Assembly (NCBI GenBank): GCA_951406725.2 | Contig: OX597814.1 | Coordinates: 51,150,001 to 51,214,000, forward strand | DNA length: 64,000 nucleotides | Source: Octopus vulgaris | Taxonomy: Eukaryota | Direction of reading: 5' to 3' | Shown: positions 1 through 11,370 of the stretch, in pieces | Numbering within the stretch: position 1 is the first letter of the stretch | Layout: each line of letters opens with the position of its first letter | Notes under the pieces: generated by a model | What the model was told of the DNA's origin: nothing | Seen by the model: the letters and a program-made list of their open reading frames with translations, nothing else | The model's database searches: none | Made by a program: the position numbers and the translations under genes

Positions 1-194
1 GTTTGCTTAAGACAATGTGACCAAGGTGTACAAGAAGAAGTGATGACCAAAGAAAAGCCAAGATGGGCAGATGAAGGGAACAAGAACATGATGGTAGAAA
101 CAGAGACAATGGAGTGGTAACTGATGGAGTTTTATATTTAAAAAAGTGAAAATATTTTTAATTTAACAACAGCAAATCAATAATTATGTTTTGA

Positions 195-768
195 TAGAAT
201 TAAAGAATATATTAGTTATATTAAATCTCTGAGCGAGATGTAAACAGTAGCAATACAGAAACGTGACATATAACGGCCAATCAACTGTGGCATCCCGCAC
301 AGGACAGTGCTACTGATGTTTATAGCCCCAGGAAGACATCTCTTCTAGCTGGCTAATAATATGCATTCTGTGTCCGATTAGTATTTGTGAGTGAATGTCA
401 TTGCTCCCATCCCTAGCCTTATGTGGACTCTAGTTTCTGGGTGGTTATCCGTCCTCAGTGTGTGTTAATCGCCAGCTAGTGATGAACACTCACCTCACTT
501 GCAAAATACTATGCTTTTTCCATGAACCATCACTGATCTTAAAAAAGGAGAAATAAGCTATATTAAATCTCTGCGCGAGATGGAAACAGTAGCAATACAG
601 TATTGTAACATGATAATTGCCAACCAAGTGTAGCGTCCCACACAGGACAGTGCTTGAAGCCCAGGAAGACATTGTTAGCCAGCTGGAAGAGATGTCTTCC
701 TGGGGCTATAAACGTCAGTAGCACTGTCCTGTGTGGGACGCCACACTTGGTTGGCAATTATATGTTAC
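195..768 (-). mobile_element. Retrozyme/Penelope-pLTR-like repeat, copy 1 (342-bp unit + partial direct repeat + inverted partial repeat)
   Basis: TATATTAAATCTCTG..GCGAGATG..AACAGTAGCAATACAG occurs at ~217 and ~559. 671-768 is an inverted copy of part of the unit. The minus strand has an HHR-like core CTGAGGA..GAAACTAGAGTC at 426-458. Confidence 0.6.
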
Positions 769-3223
769 GAAAGACCATATTATATCCAATGAGAACTTTT
801 CAAATACTTGACCACCATGCACATATGTATGATTGTGCCATTTTCACTCAAATGCTTTCAAATAACTATAATTGTTCTTGTGTACCAATCACCTGCTTCA
901 GTTATTTTCTTGACCTTAGACCAACCACTTCAGCTATCTTGCATGACAAAATTCTTACTGTGGATCACAATGTAATTGTTATTTTATGCCTACTTTTCCA
1001 TGCTGGCATGGATTTGATGGGTTATCACTGGCCAAGCCTGTTCTTATTTGGAGTTACTACCCTCCTGAGTCAGGGGCCATGTCTTGCTTATACATTTCAT
1101 TTTTGGGTTGGTTTCCATCATAGATGCCTAACCTGTCACCAACTACTTTTCAGAGTGTAGTGCATGCATTTTATCATGGCACACAGGCACTTAAAAGGTT
1201 GGTCTTATCCCCAGAAACTCTAAAGAATCATCTCTACCTTAGGCTGTCTTTGTTCACTTATTCACCAGCACAAAAAAACTGACTCAGTTTTCAGTTGATC
1301 AAAGAGTATGAGTTAGAGGGTGATAGTGGAAAGAGTGAAAGAAGCAAGTGGGGGGGGGGGTTAAAGGAAGAACGTGATGGACAGCTACATGCTGTTTGTT
1401 GGTAAGAGCTTTGAATAGAAATAGCAAGAGTAGTGTGGCGAGGGAAAGGAGTAAGTTATGTAATAGAACAAGAAGTACTGAAAGTGACAGAGTAATAGAT
1501 ACAAACCATGAGTGAGAGGGAAAGAAATAGTGATTGAATACATAATCCCATGTGCAACCATTCTTTGTTAAACAGTAGGAGAGAGAGGGGGTGTAGTAAG
1601 GAGTTATACTGATAGGGAGGGGTGAGTATAAACAAAGGGAGAGTAGAATATGATCTTAATGTGAGTGTAATAGTGGAGATGAACCTAAATGTAGATACTA
1701 TATATCACAATCTCCATCCCACCACCACCATTTTTACACTCATGTTTCCATACTTTTATAAGTTGTGTGGGGCATTTCCTGCACTGCACTTTACCATGAA
1801 TCAGTAATTTGTCATCTTTGTCATGAGGTTCATTCTCTTGAGATCATCTATCATCACTTCTTCATCCTGTCTTTATTGGTGTCCTCATCCACTTGAAGTG
1901 CTTGGCACTTCTATATACAACTACACTTCACATGCTTATAAAAGCAGAGTCTTATTTCTAGCACAACAGCTGATTCCTCTTATATCGAGTTTTTTCTCTC
2001 AGCTCATTTGTACTCTGCCATTCAAACATTGACGTCCATCATACACACCTAAGTTTTATTTTGGTAAGTTTTATTCTACACATCTGGTAGAATAGGCTTG
2101 TCTTATTTCTTTCAGCTTCCACAAATTCTGCCCATTCAAAGTTCATATCTTGTTACCATGCAACCTAGTACTTCAATGCTTAAGTATCACACCATATGTC
2201 CTTCTCTGAGAGAAGACCCTTTAATATTAAGCAGAGATTTAGCTCCTTTAGATTATTTCTATCCTGTTCTTACTCTGGCAACAATGCTTTTGGAACACCC
2301 ACTCCACTAAGCTATTTTGGTAAGTTTTATTTATATTTGGATATCATGGGCTCCATCAAAAATTGCCAATTTATTAGAACACATTATTGCAAGTTTAATT
2401 TCAGTCATGCTTAGCAATGTATTTGCTGCTCTATCATCCATTTCCAAGGAAATATTTATCACAACTGCGTAAATAAGTGCTGAGCATTCCAAGTGAATTG
2501 TACCAGTGGAAGGGGAAGGTACAATAAGATAGGGGATAAAGTGGTGAAGATTCATCTTGAGATTTTGCATCTCATGAAGGAAGTGATAAAGGACTGTGCT
2601 TATTGTTGAAACACAGTGATGTAGAAGACCCAACAATCAGTGAAAGCAGGGCAGAGTGTAAATAAAAAGTTTGGAATATAAAATATATATTGACATCTTG
2701 GTCTTTTGCTTATTTTGTACTTGCTAAGTCTCCACCCTGCTGCGATTTTTTTGTTTATTCAATACCCTTTCATTTCTAAGTCACTTCCCTCTTCACTATA
2801 GCATCCCACTCGGAGAACAAAACACTGGATCTGCCTGTATCCAATCCCATTTTACTATTATTTGGATTTTGCACTCTTTTTTTTCTCTTCCATGACATTG
2901 CTTGGGTAATGAGGGATTACACTGGATTTGTTAATATCCTACACAACTCTTCTTTTACATCTGTACTCCCTCTCTCACTTGTATACTGTCACCCAGCACT
3001 TTCTTACCAGCTAACATTATACCTTCATATGCTGCTTTCATTGACGTCCATCATACACACTCTCGCTCTTTCTCTTACCAGCATTTAATACAACTTTCAC
3101 CTAATATTACTTACTCTCTCTCTCTCTCTCTCTCTCTCATCAGCATTTAGCACCTCCTTTTCATCATGACACCTGAGTAATGAGGAATTACATTAGATCT
3201 TTAGAATTTTATACACCACCACC

Positions 3224-3778
3224 CAGCTCCATCGCATGTCTTTTTGAGGCCCCCTGCAACTTTTTGTTTCAAGGCCCCATCCCTTCAATGAAAATTCATA
3301 ATCTATGTACCTTTTATTCATAGCTATATTTTACTTTATTCTATCTGAAGTTCAATATTTCACGTTATCCTAAAGAACATCTTTAAAAATACAAGTTTAA
3401 TTTATTTAGGTCTATTACAAATTTCAATTAGTAAAACTTCCAGATATCAATAAAAGAGCACTTTTATAATCCAGGTAACCTTGAAAGACAAACACAGCAC
3501 ACTTTCCATTTCACAAAATCATCGATCAGTTCAGAATAATCAAGCTGAGAGCTAAGTTTGTGTTCAACAGATGTCATAGACAATCCACAAAGTCTGGTAC
3601 ACATCTGTGGTACAATGTAATGCTTTTGCAGGTACAATGTATTAATGTTCTATTTCTTGAAATTTTCAGTTAACATAGTTTAATTCTTCTTCAATATCTC
3701 AACCAAAGTAAATAGTTGATTCATCTACATACTTTGATCTTAACACAGGGCCCCCTAACTGCAGGGGTTGCAGGGGCT
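3224..3778 (-). mobile_element. hAT DNA-transposon relic (C-terminal dimerisation fragment)
   Basis: Minus-strand translation ~3500-3600 gives TRLCGLSMTSVEHKLSSQLDYSELIDDFVKWK, resembling hAT C-termini. GGCCCC subterminal motifs; candidate 8-bp TSD CCACCACC at 3216-3223 and 3779-3786. Confidence 0.55.
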
Positions 3779-4090
3779 CCACCACCTCTTTTTCTCTCCT
3801 TTATACAAATATACAGTTGAAATCAGTATCTCTCCCTCATCATGATCTGACTAATGAAAGATTGCATCTTATATGATTCCTCTTCCTCAGCCTTCACTCC
3901 TCCTTCCTATATCCATCACTCTCTTACCTTCATCATATCTTCTATAGTGCTAGCTTCTGCTCCCTTTTACCCAGGTCACTCAATATTGACATCTATCAAA
4001 CACTACTAACCATTTCATTACTATCTATCACTAGCACTCTCCCATTACCCACTGTTATTAGTCTCATTATACATGGCCATTATTTCTTTG

Positions 4091-4310
4091 GTGGAGGCGC
4101 ATAGCCTAGTGGTTAGGGTGTTGGACTTATGAATTGTAGTTTTGATTCCTGGACCTGGCAACACTGTGTTCTTGAGCAAAACACTTCATTTCACATTGCT
4201 CCAGTCCACTCAGCTGGCAAAAGTGAGTAATCCTATGATGGATTGGCATCTTGTCCAGGTGGGGAATTTATACGCTATAGAAACCGGCCTTTGTAAGTCA
4301 GCATGACTTT
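4091..4310 (+). mobile_element. tRNA-derived SINE (degenerate)
   Basis: GGAGGCGCATAGCCTAGTGGTTAGGG A-box head, then TTGAGCAAAACACTT..TTGCTCCAGTCCACTCAGCTGGCAAAA. Related copies at ~19703, ~28640-28915 (-) and ~54936. Confidence 0.6.
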
Positions 4311-6149
4311 TACTTTGCTATTTCTTTGCAAACTCTTTTCCACTTCCTCTCTTCTCTTCCACACTGTTATCCCAATCACCCTATCCCTCCCTTGATACTC
4401 TTGTCCCTTTAATCCTTTCACCTTAGTTCATATTTTGCAATTGCCCTCTCTGCTCTATATGAATAAAGAAAATGTAGAGCAGTGAAGACTCCTTGTGTCT
4501 AGCAGGGTACAGAACAATTTCACTAGTGCTGGTGCCACAATAAAATGCATTCTGTATACTCTGTTTTTAGAAAGGACATCCAGACGTAGAAATCATGCTA
4601 AACTTAAAAACACATGGCTGCCAGCCCATCTACAAGGAATATAATTCTGAATTAAAACTCACTTGGACTATGACAACCTGGAAAGTGAGCATAAAATGTA
4701 TTATGCATGGGTGTTAGGTAGATAAATATATACAGAGGTTGATAGACAGACAGAAAGTGAAAGTACAATGCATACAATGTCTGATCTGCACATAGAGAGG
4801 AAGAGTGATATATATTCTGCAACCGTCACTCTCATTATTTGTACTTCAATAGCCTCCTACTACTTCATACAAAATTCTTAAATACGCATCATAAATTATG
4901 TGTGATTATCAGGTCAGTAGGTTGCCAGAGTTATTGGAGTACCAGACAAAATGCTTTGCAATAATTGTTCCAGTTCTTTATTCTGAGTTTGAATCCCTCC
5001 AAGATTGTACTTACACAATTGATAAATTAAAGTACCAGTTACATATTGGGGTAAATTTAATCAATTTTCCCCTCTTCCCTAGTGTCATGATCAAAACATC
5101 TTATCCTACATACTATTTATAATGGCTGGTATAGCTTGTCATAGCTATATTGATTTATTTATAGCGAATGTAAATAAATCAATGTTATCCTGCTATTTTG
5201 TTAATCATGAACTGAATTTATAATTCTTTACAACATATTTAGCATTGGATATTATAACTTTTCGGATATATTATCTGTATTGATGATGTCTTAATTTTAT
5301 TTCAAAAATGCTTTTACTTTTGTATTAATTTCTATAAACATTTCTTTCTGTCTTACTTTCTTTTTTTTTATTTTTGCAAGATGTGTGATATGCAAACAAG
5401 TGTTGAAACAGATGTAGTTGTATCTTGAGAAGGTCATTTTTGCCAACAAGTAACACACACACTGGTTCTCTATCTTTTTTTCCTATTGTTCATAGTCAAC
5501 TAGTTAACCAATTACCTGACTGTGTAATTAATTATTCAGTCAATCAATAAACTGACAAACTTGGGGGAATGACGGCATGTCATTGATAAGGTCACAAATG
5601 GCAACAAAAGGACACTAACAAATCAGCTGATTAACTAATCAAAGAATAAATTAGTTAATTGATTAACTAGTTGATTAATAACGACAAATGATAATAACCG
5701 TTTCAAATTTTGACACAAGGCCAGCAATTTTAAGAGAGGCGATAGTTAATTACATTGGTCTCAGTACTGACTCTAATAGGATGAAAGGCAAAGTCGACTT
5801 TGGTTGCATTTAAATAATAATAATTCTTTCTACTACAGACACAAGGTCTGAAATTTTGTGGGGAGGGAGGCAGTTGATTACACTGGTTCTAGTGCTCAAC
5901 TGTTACTTATTTTATTGACCCCAAAAGGATGAAAAGCAAAGTTGACCTTGATGAAATTTGAATTTGGAATATAAAGAACTGGAAGAAATGCCACACAAAG
6001 TATTTTGTCCAACATGCTAATAACTCTGCCTGTTTGTCACCTTAATGATATTAATAACAATATTGTTGTATTTTGGGATGGCCATTTTTTTTTTGCTAAA
6101 TAAACACACACACTATATATTTGTTCTTCACTCATTTATTACTGTTCTT

Positions 6150-7990
6150 ATGGTTTCTGGACAGTTGGATTCATCTTACATGAGACAGCAGCTGATCAAC
6201 ACAAGCCCACAAGATGCTAATGCACAGACATTGAACAACTGAATGCAGGACAGTTTCATCCCCCTGCATGCATCTTGAGCAAGTCCAGCTGTTGGTGCTT
6301 CTATGCATGAAGAGCTTGTCTTGAACAGGCAATCCTCCACCCCTGTAGTACTGCTATGCCAAAGACTTTTGGAAATTGTTCATGGTCTTCAACTTAAAAG
6401 TCTTCTGGAAGAGACCACTGAGACTGTTCTCATTGATGCAAGAGTGAATCATAGGCCATCATCACTCACATCTTCAACTAGCCCCCTATAGAAATTTTTG
6501 AGCTTTTTTTCCCACTAACAGCTTTATCTAGCTGGTACAATGCATGGAGTGCTTGGCAACATACCAGATGCCAAATGCCCAACCTTGGTCAATGTTTGAT
6601 CCATGACTGTAGCTCAGTCAATGAAATTTGTGGAAAGATATGTTGTATGGACTCCCACACCAGTCTACCCTTGTTTTCATCACTGTCATTGATACCATCG
6701 CAGTGATTTAGATATTTCTGCAAGTGCATCAGCCTCAACACATGGTGACACATCATCAAAGATAGCAGCTCAAGATCCCCATAGTGTGGATGGTGACAGC
6801 AGATGAATTTTCTGACCAGTGGAACCTGATCTTTCCATAAGAATCAAAAAACCAAGTGATCCAATATGGTCAGAATTTTCTTGGGACAAGGTATGATGGT
6901 TAGGCAGCAATACATTACGAAGGTGAGGTATGCACTAACTACTTCTGCTCTGCCATTCAGCCCATTTGTGTGAAATTGGTCACCCTGACCTTTGTTTCTT
7001 CCCTGTTCCTGGAGATCTGGGCTGAACCAGATTCTGGTCATTTTCATTGAACCCTCTGTCTAGTAACAGAAATCGCCACTTGTCAACATGGACTTGCCAT
7101 GTCAAGAGCTTAGTTATAAATGCACCAATTTGTACTGGTTTATGTATGCTCCAGTTCATACTTTATATTCTTTCAGTATAGTGTTGAGTGTTTCTATATC
7201 TGATGAGTCCAACATGACAATAACGTCAGCATATGCAGAATCGACTCTTCTGTGACTAGTTCATGCTGGGTACCCCTCAAATTCTCCAGCCTTCACAGAA
7301 AAGGCTCCAATGCCAAAAAACATAAAGCAGGGAGAGGGGGAGCTTCTTGGCAAACATCTTAGTTAAAATCGTCAACTCAGTGTTGAGCAGAGTTATGGGC
7401 CTGAATCTTTCAATCACATCCCCCTCAGCAGATTCACCACTCCCTAACTCACATGACTGGGAATGCCCTGTGTGTTGCCAACGGCAGTACACAACTTCCA
7501 AAACAGGAGCAAGCAAGTCAGGCATATGGAAATATAGTTTATAGGGCAGACCATCCAATCCTGGTGATTTGTGTCCTACACAGTAGATCAGTACATCTGT
7601 TATTTCCTCTGTTAAAATTGGCATCTTGCAACATTCAATCTCCCTGCCTGATAGGTATGTCATACCTTCTAGGTAGGCCTTAAAACCTGCTATCTCAAGT
7701 ATACCACTCCTCGGAAAGAGTTTGAAGTGCTGCCAAAACACAGCACACATGTTTAGAAATAGAGAGCACACAGCCACTGCAGTTTGTCACTGAATTCTAG
7801 ATTTGTTATCATGCTATGTCTCTGATATCCAAGCCTAACCAACAGCTTTTGATCCTACATGTTTCAGTGCACTCACCCTAGCTTGCACACTGCAATCTTC
7901 ATGTTTCACATCTGCAGGAAAAACTGCCCTGACACATACATCAAAGGCATGTCAGAACCAGCATGTATTCACACCTTTAAATACAAGGAA
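6150..7990 (-). mobile_element. L1/Tx1-clade LINE ORF2 relic (fragmented)
   Basis: Minus-strand KSPGLDGLPYKLY..FRPITLLNTEL (RT N-terminal motifs; ORF 7277-7777) and a downstream zinc-knuckle-like LPVQDKL..CSRC....ETVLH...QC at ~6225-6340. Stops and frameshifts throughout. Confidence 0.75.
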
Positions 7991-8559
7991 TACTGGTGGA
8001 ATATCTAATAAAAAGAGCAATTTGGTGCAAATGTAGCAGACCTGATATTGTTCTGTGGAACAGGGAACAAGAGTCATGCACTGTTATAGAGGTCAGCTGC
8101 CTTGTGGATGTGAATGTATCATCATTAAAAATCCAGGAAAAAGAGAACATTTATGATGAAATAATGTAGAACTTACAGGTCTTGTACCCTGACTATAAAT
8201 TTTCATTTGAACCTATCACCATTAGGCTATATATCTAAAAATTCACAGAAAAGAAATACTGGGTTTTTCAAAGAAAAAGCAAAAGAAGCTGACACACATT
8301 CGACAAATCCAATCTATTAGTGGCATAGTGGAGATTTGTAAGCCATTCCAAAGATCCTCCATCTGAGTTACTCTAGAAATAAACAGATGCACACATATCG
8401 TCATTTAACATCCGCTTTCCATGCTGGTATGGATTTGACGGTTTGACTGAGGACTGGCGAGCCAGAAGGCTGCACCAGGCTCCAATCTGACAAAACGGTG
8501 TGTGATTTAAGGGACATTTGGCAGTTGTTTCAAGCATATCCTATGACTGGTAAGATTTA

Positions 8560-9220
8560 GGACCTTTTCCCTTTCAATGGCAGATCGAGAAATTAATTTT
8601 TTTGTAACTAAACACTTTCAAACTTCGGACACTGGTAGAATGTGTCATATAAAACATCTTTTACTCTTAGTGTTGTTGAGAAAAGTTTATATTTTCAAAG
8701 TTACTTCGTATTAAAGTAGTCATATTTCGGTAATTTCAACCAATCAATGACGTGTATGCAGCTGAATAAAATTACTGCTGTTGTTGGTCAACAACTATCG
8801 GCAGTGTAGCTTTCGTTTGTCAGTTATTTATGACATCGTTCGTGCGTTTGTACTGGTTTTAGCTTTAAGGTTTTAGAGATAGGGTTGGGGTTTTAGGGTT
8901 AGAGTTACGGAAAACTGGGTTTTGGGAAAAAAAACAACAATAATTTGCGAGAAAATGTGGGGGGAGGTCTTTCCGAAAATAGTAGCTGAAAAACAAGAAA
9001 AAAAACCCTAAAAGCAGTAGAAATGCACGAACAATTATGGTGATGCATTGAACGTAACTGAGATGAAATAACACGAAATAACTGAAAATATAAACTTTTC
9101 TCAACAACACTAAGAGTAAAAGAATGTTTTATATGACACATTCTACCAGTGTCCGAAGTTTGAAAGTGTTTGGTTACAAAAAATTAATTTCTCGACTTGC
9201 CGTTGAAAAGGAAAAGATCC
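8560..9220. mobile_element. Foldback/MITE-like element with ~150-bp terminal inverted repeats
   Basis: 8560-~8710 (GGACCTTTTCC..GAGAAAAGTTTATATTTTCA) is the near reverse complement of ~9070-9220 (..GAAAAGGAAAAGATCC). Internal degenerate TTAGGG tract at ~8865-8905. Confidence 0.8.
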
Positions 9221-9255
9221 AGGGTTGTTAATAAACACCATAAATTTTCGTTCCC

Positions 9256-9509
9256 AAATTTGGTAAATTTCGATACTTTCACTCGCACGATTTCCACTAA
9301 GGAAAAAAACAAAAAAAAACTAGTATTTTTTGCATGGAATCAAGTACCCTGACCTACTAATATGCCGCAAACTCCTTAAATTTGCTCGAAAAAAAAAAAA
9401 GGGTTGCGGCATATTAAGAGGTCAGGGTACTTGATTCCATGCAAAAAAATCCGAGTTTCCTTTTATTTTTCCTTCGTGAAAATCCTGCGGGTGAAATTTA
9501 CCCCAAATT
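9256..9509. repeat. Long imperfect palindrome (foldback)
   Basis: TTTTTTGCATGGAATCAAGTACCCTGACCT..TAATATGCCGCAA pairs with TTGCGGCATATTA..AGGTCAGGGTACTTGATTCCATGCAAAAAA; the outer arms also pair; loop ~30 nt. Confidence 0.85.
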
Positions 9510-9796
9510 TTTTAATAGCTTAAATGAGTTTATCCCATTAATGAGAGAAAATATTGAAAAACTTCAATACTTGTCAGAGTGAGAAAGAAACAAGGAGGGG
9601 GTTATGGAATATGCTTGAAACAATAGCCAAATCTACCTTTAATCACACATCTTTTCTGAAAATATTTACTTTTTTTTTTACTGAAAAGGCTTATCCTATA
9701 GTTTTTACGTGTGTAGTGCTCCCAAAAGAATCATCGTATGTAGTGCCCATAAAATTGGTCTGGAGAAGGGAAGAAGGAGGTGTAAAAAAACAAAAA

Positions 9797-10183
9797 AGTG
9801 GCTGTGTGGTAAGTAGCTTGCTTACCAACCACATAGTTCTGGGTTCAATCCCACTGCGTGGAACTTTGGGCAAGTGTCTTCTACTATAGCCTCGGGCCGA
9901 CCAAAGCCTTGTGAGTGGATTTGGTAGACGGAAACTGAAAGAAGCCCGTCGTATATATGTATATATACATGTGTGTATATATGTTTGTCTCCCCCCCCAA
10001 CATCGCTTGACAACCGATGCTGGTGTGTTTACGTCCCCGTAACTTAGCGGTTCGGCAAAACAGACCGATAGAATAAGTACTAGGCTTACAAAGAATAAGT
10101 CCTGGGGCGATTTGCTCGACTAAAAGGCGGTGCTCCAGCATGGCCGTAGTCAAATGACTGAAACAAGTAAAAGAGTAAAGAGA
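9797..10183 (+). mobile_element. tRNA-derived SINE with CORE-like central domain (near full length)
   Basis: A/B boxes GTGGCTGTGTGGTAAG / GGGTTCAATCCC; CORE-like CTTTGGGCAAGTG; internal (TA/TG)n; AAAAGAGT-like tail. Homologous minus-strand copy at 46271-46441. Confidence 0.8.
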
Positions 10184-10255
10184 TAATTTCCAAGGGCACT
10201 GTAAAAAAAAGTCTGAAAAGTCTGTCAAAATGGAGTAATTTCAACTTATGTGTCC

Positions 10256-10401
10256 AATTTCGTATGACTTAGCATGTGAACCTGCCTGCGTGATTTAAGA
10301 AGTTTATTTTTAGATGTGTTGATACTCATCTAACAAGGTGGGTAAAATGATAAACTTCTTAAATTCCGCTGGTAGATTCACTTATTAAATTAAACGAAAT
10401 T
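10256..10401. repeat. Degenerate palindrome (old foldback element)
   Basis: AATTTCGT..GTGAACCTGCC.GCG.GATTTAAGAAGTTTAT pairs with ATAAACTTCTTAAATTCCGCTGGTAGATTCAC..ACGAAATT. Confidence 0.7.
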
Positions 10402-10759
10402 AGCAATAAAATTATGATCCCAATTGTTGAAAGAAAATTGAAATTGGGAACCGATATAATCTAGAGAAATGTGGAGTCATCAAAACTTTTTAAGGTAGTG
10501 AACTGTTTACCAAGAAATATTGTCGAATCAAAGACAGTATCCCAATTCAAGAATACTATTTTGAGAAACAATCTTTTTGATATAATCTGAAAAAAAGTTT
10601 ATTTTTAAACGATTTCGTATTTTATTGTGGAAAACTTCGTAATTACAATAGTAAGAAAATAGAGAGAGAGAGAGAAAACCGCCCCAGTAAACAAGTTAAT
10701 AAAAGTTATACTTTTCATATACAAAAAATGTAGAATGAAAATTCAGCAGCAGAAGCTTA

Positions 10760-11370
10760 ACAAACAATGCGGAAGTCTGTAAGTTGTTGCTTGATCTGCT
10801 AGAAATGAAGCCAAAGCTTCCTTAAATCAAACCCTAAGGGCATATTAGATAATGTAGTTCTACGGTTAGAATGCTTTTTATCTTTGGTCTGCTCGACCAG
10901 CACTGACCTAGGACTGAATATATTACAGTTAGGAGCTGGATGTTTTTAAAGCTGTTATTTCAACAGCGAAGGTGTTTACGGCGTTGGCTTCAAGAACGAT
11001 AATCAAAAGACGGAAGTCATTCATGTCGACGGAAACGATCGGCGAGCTGATGATTTATATTTATTGATTAGACTCGCGTTTATTTTATTTTTTATTTTTA
11101 TACAACAACAACAACAATATATATATGTGTATGTATCCTTGTCTAGCCTTACAACATGGCAGTTATCAAGTAAAACTAGCGTAACTATTTATCTCATGTT
11201 GCTCAGTGTAAACCCACTGACGACGTCCGGTGCCACGTTCTCTATACAACATCAAAACACTTCAAATCGGACATGAAAAAAAAGAATTATATGATCACTT
11301 TTCTTTTACAAACCTACTGAAATCAAAAACAGTTCTTAAATTTCTTAATATGATTCATATTCATTATACG
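10760..11370 (+). promoter_or_regulatory. Probable promoter and non-coding first exon of the RNFT-like gene
   Basis: Local CpG enrichment; ETS-type CGGAAGT at 10770-10776 and 11011-11017; consensus donor ACG|GTAAGT after 11370. The ATG-containing exon begins at an acceptor (16980), so an upstream exon is required. Confidence 0.5.

Noticed and set aside
654-1160. 168-aa ORF
   Set aside because: Runs through an inverted repeat and an RTE tail; no recognisable domain.
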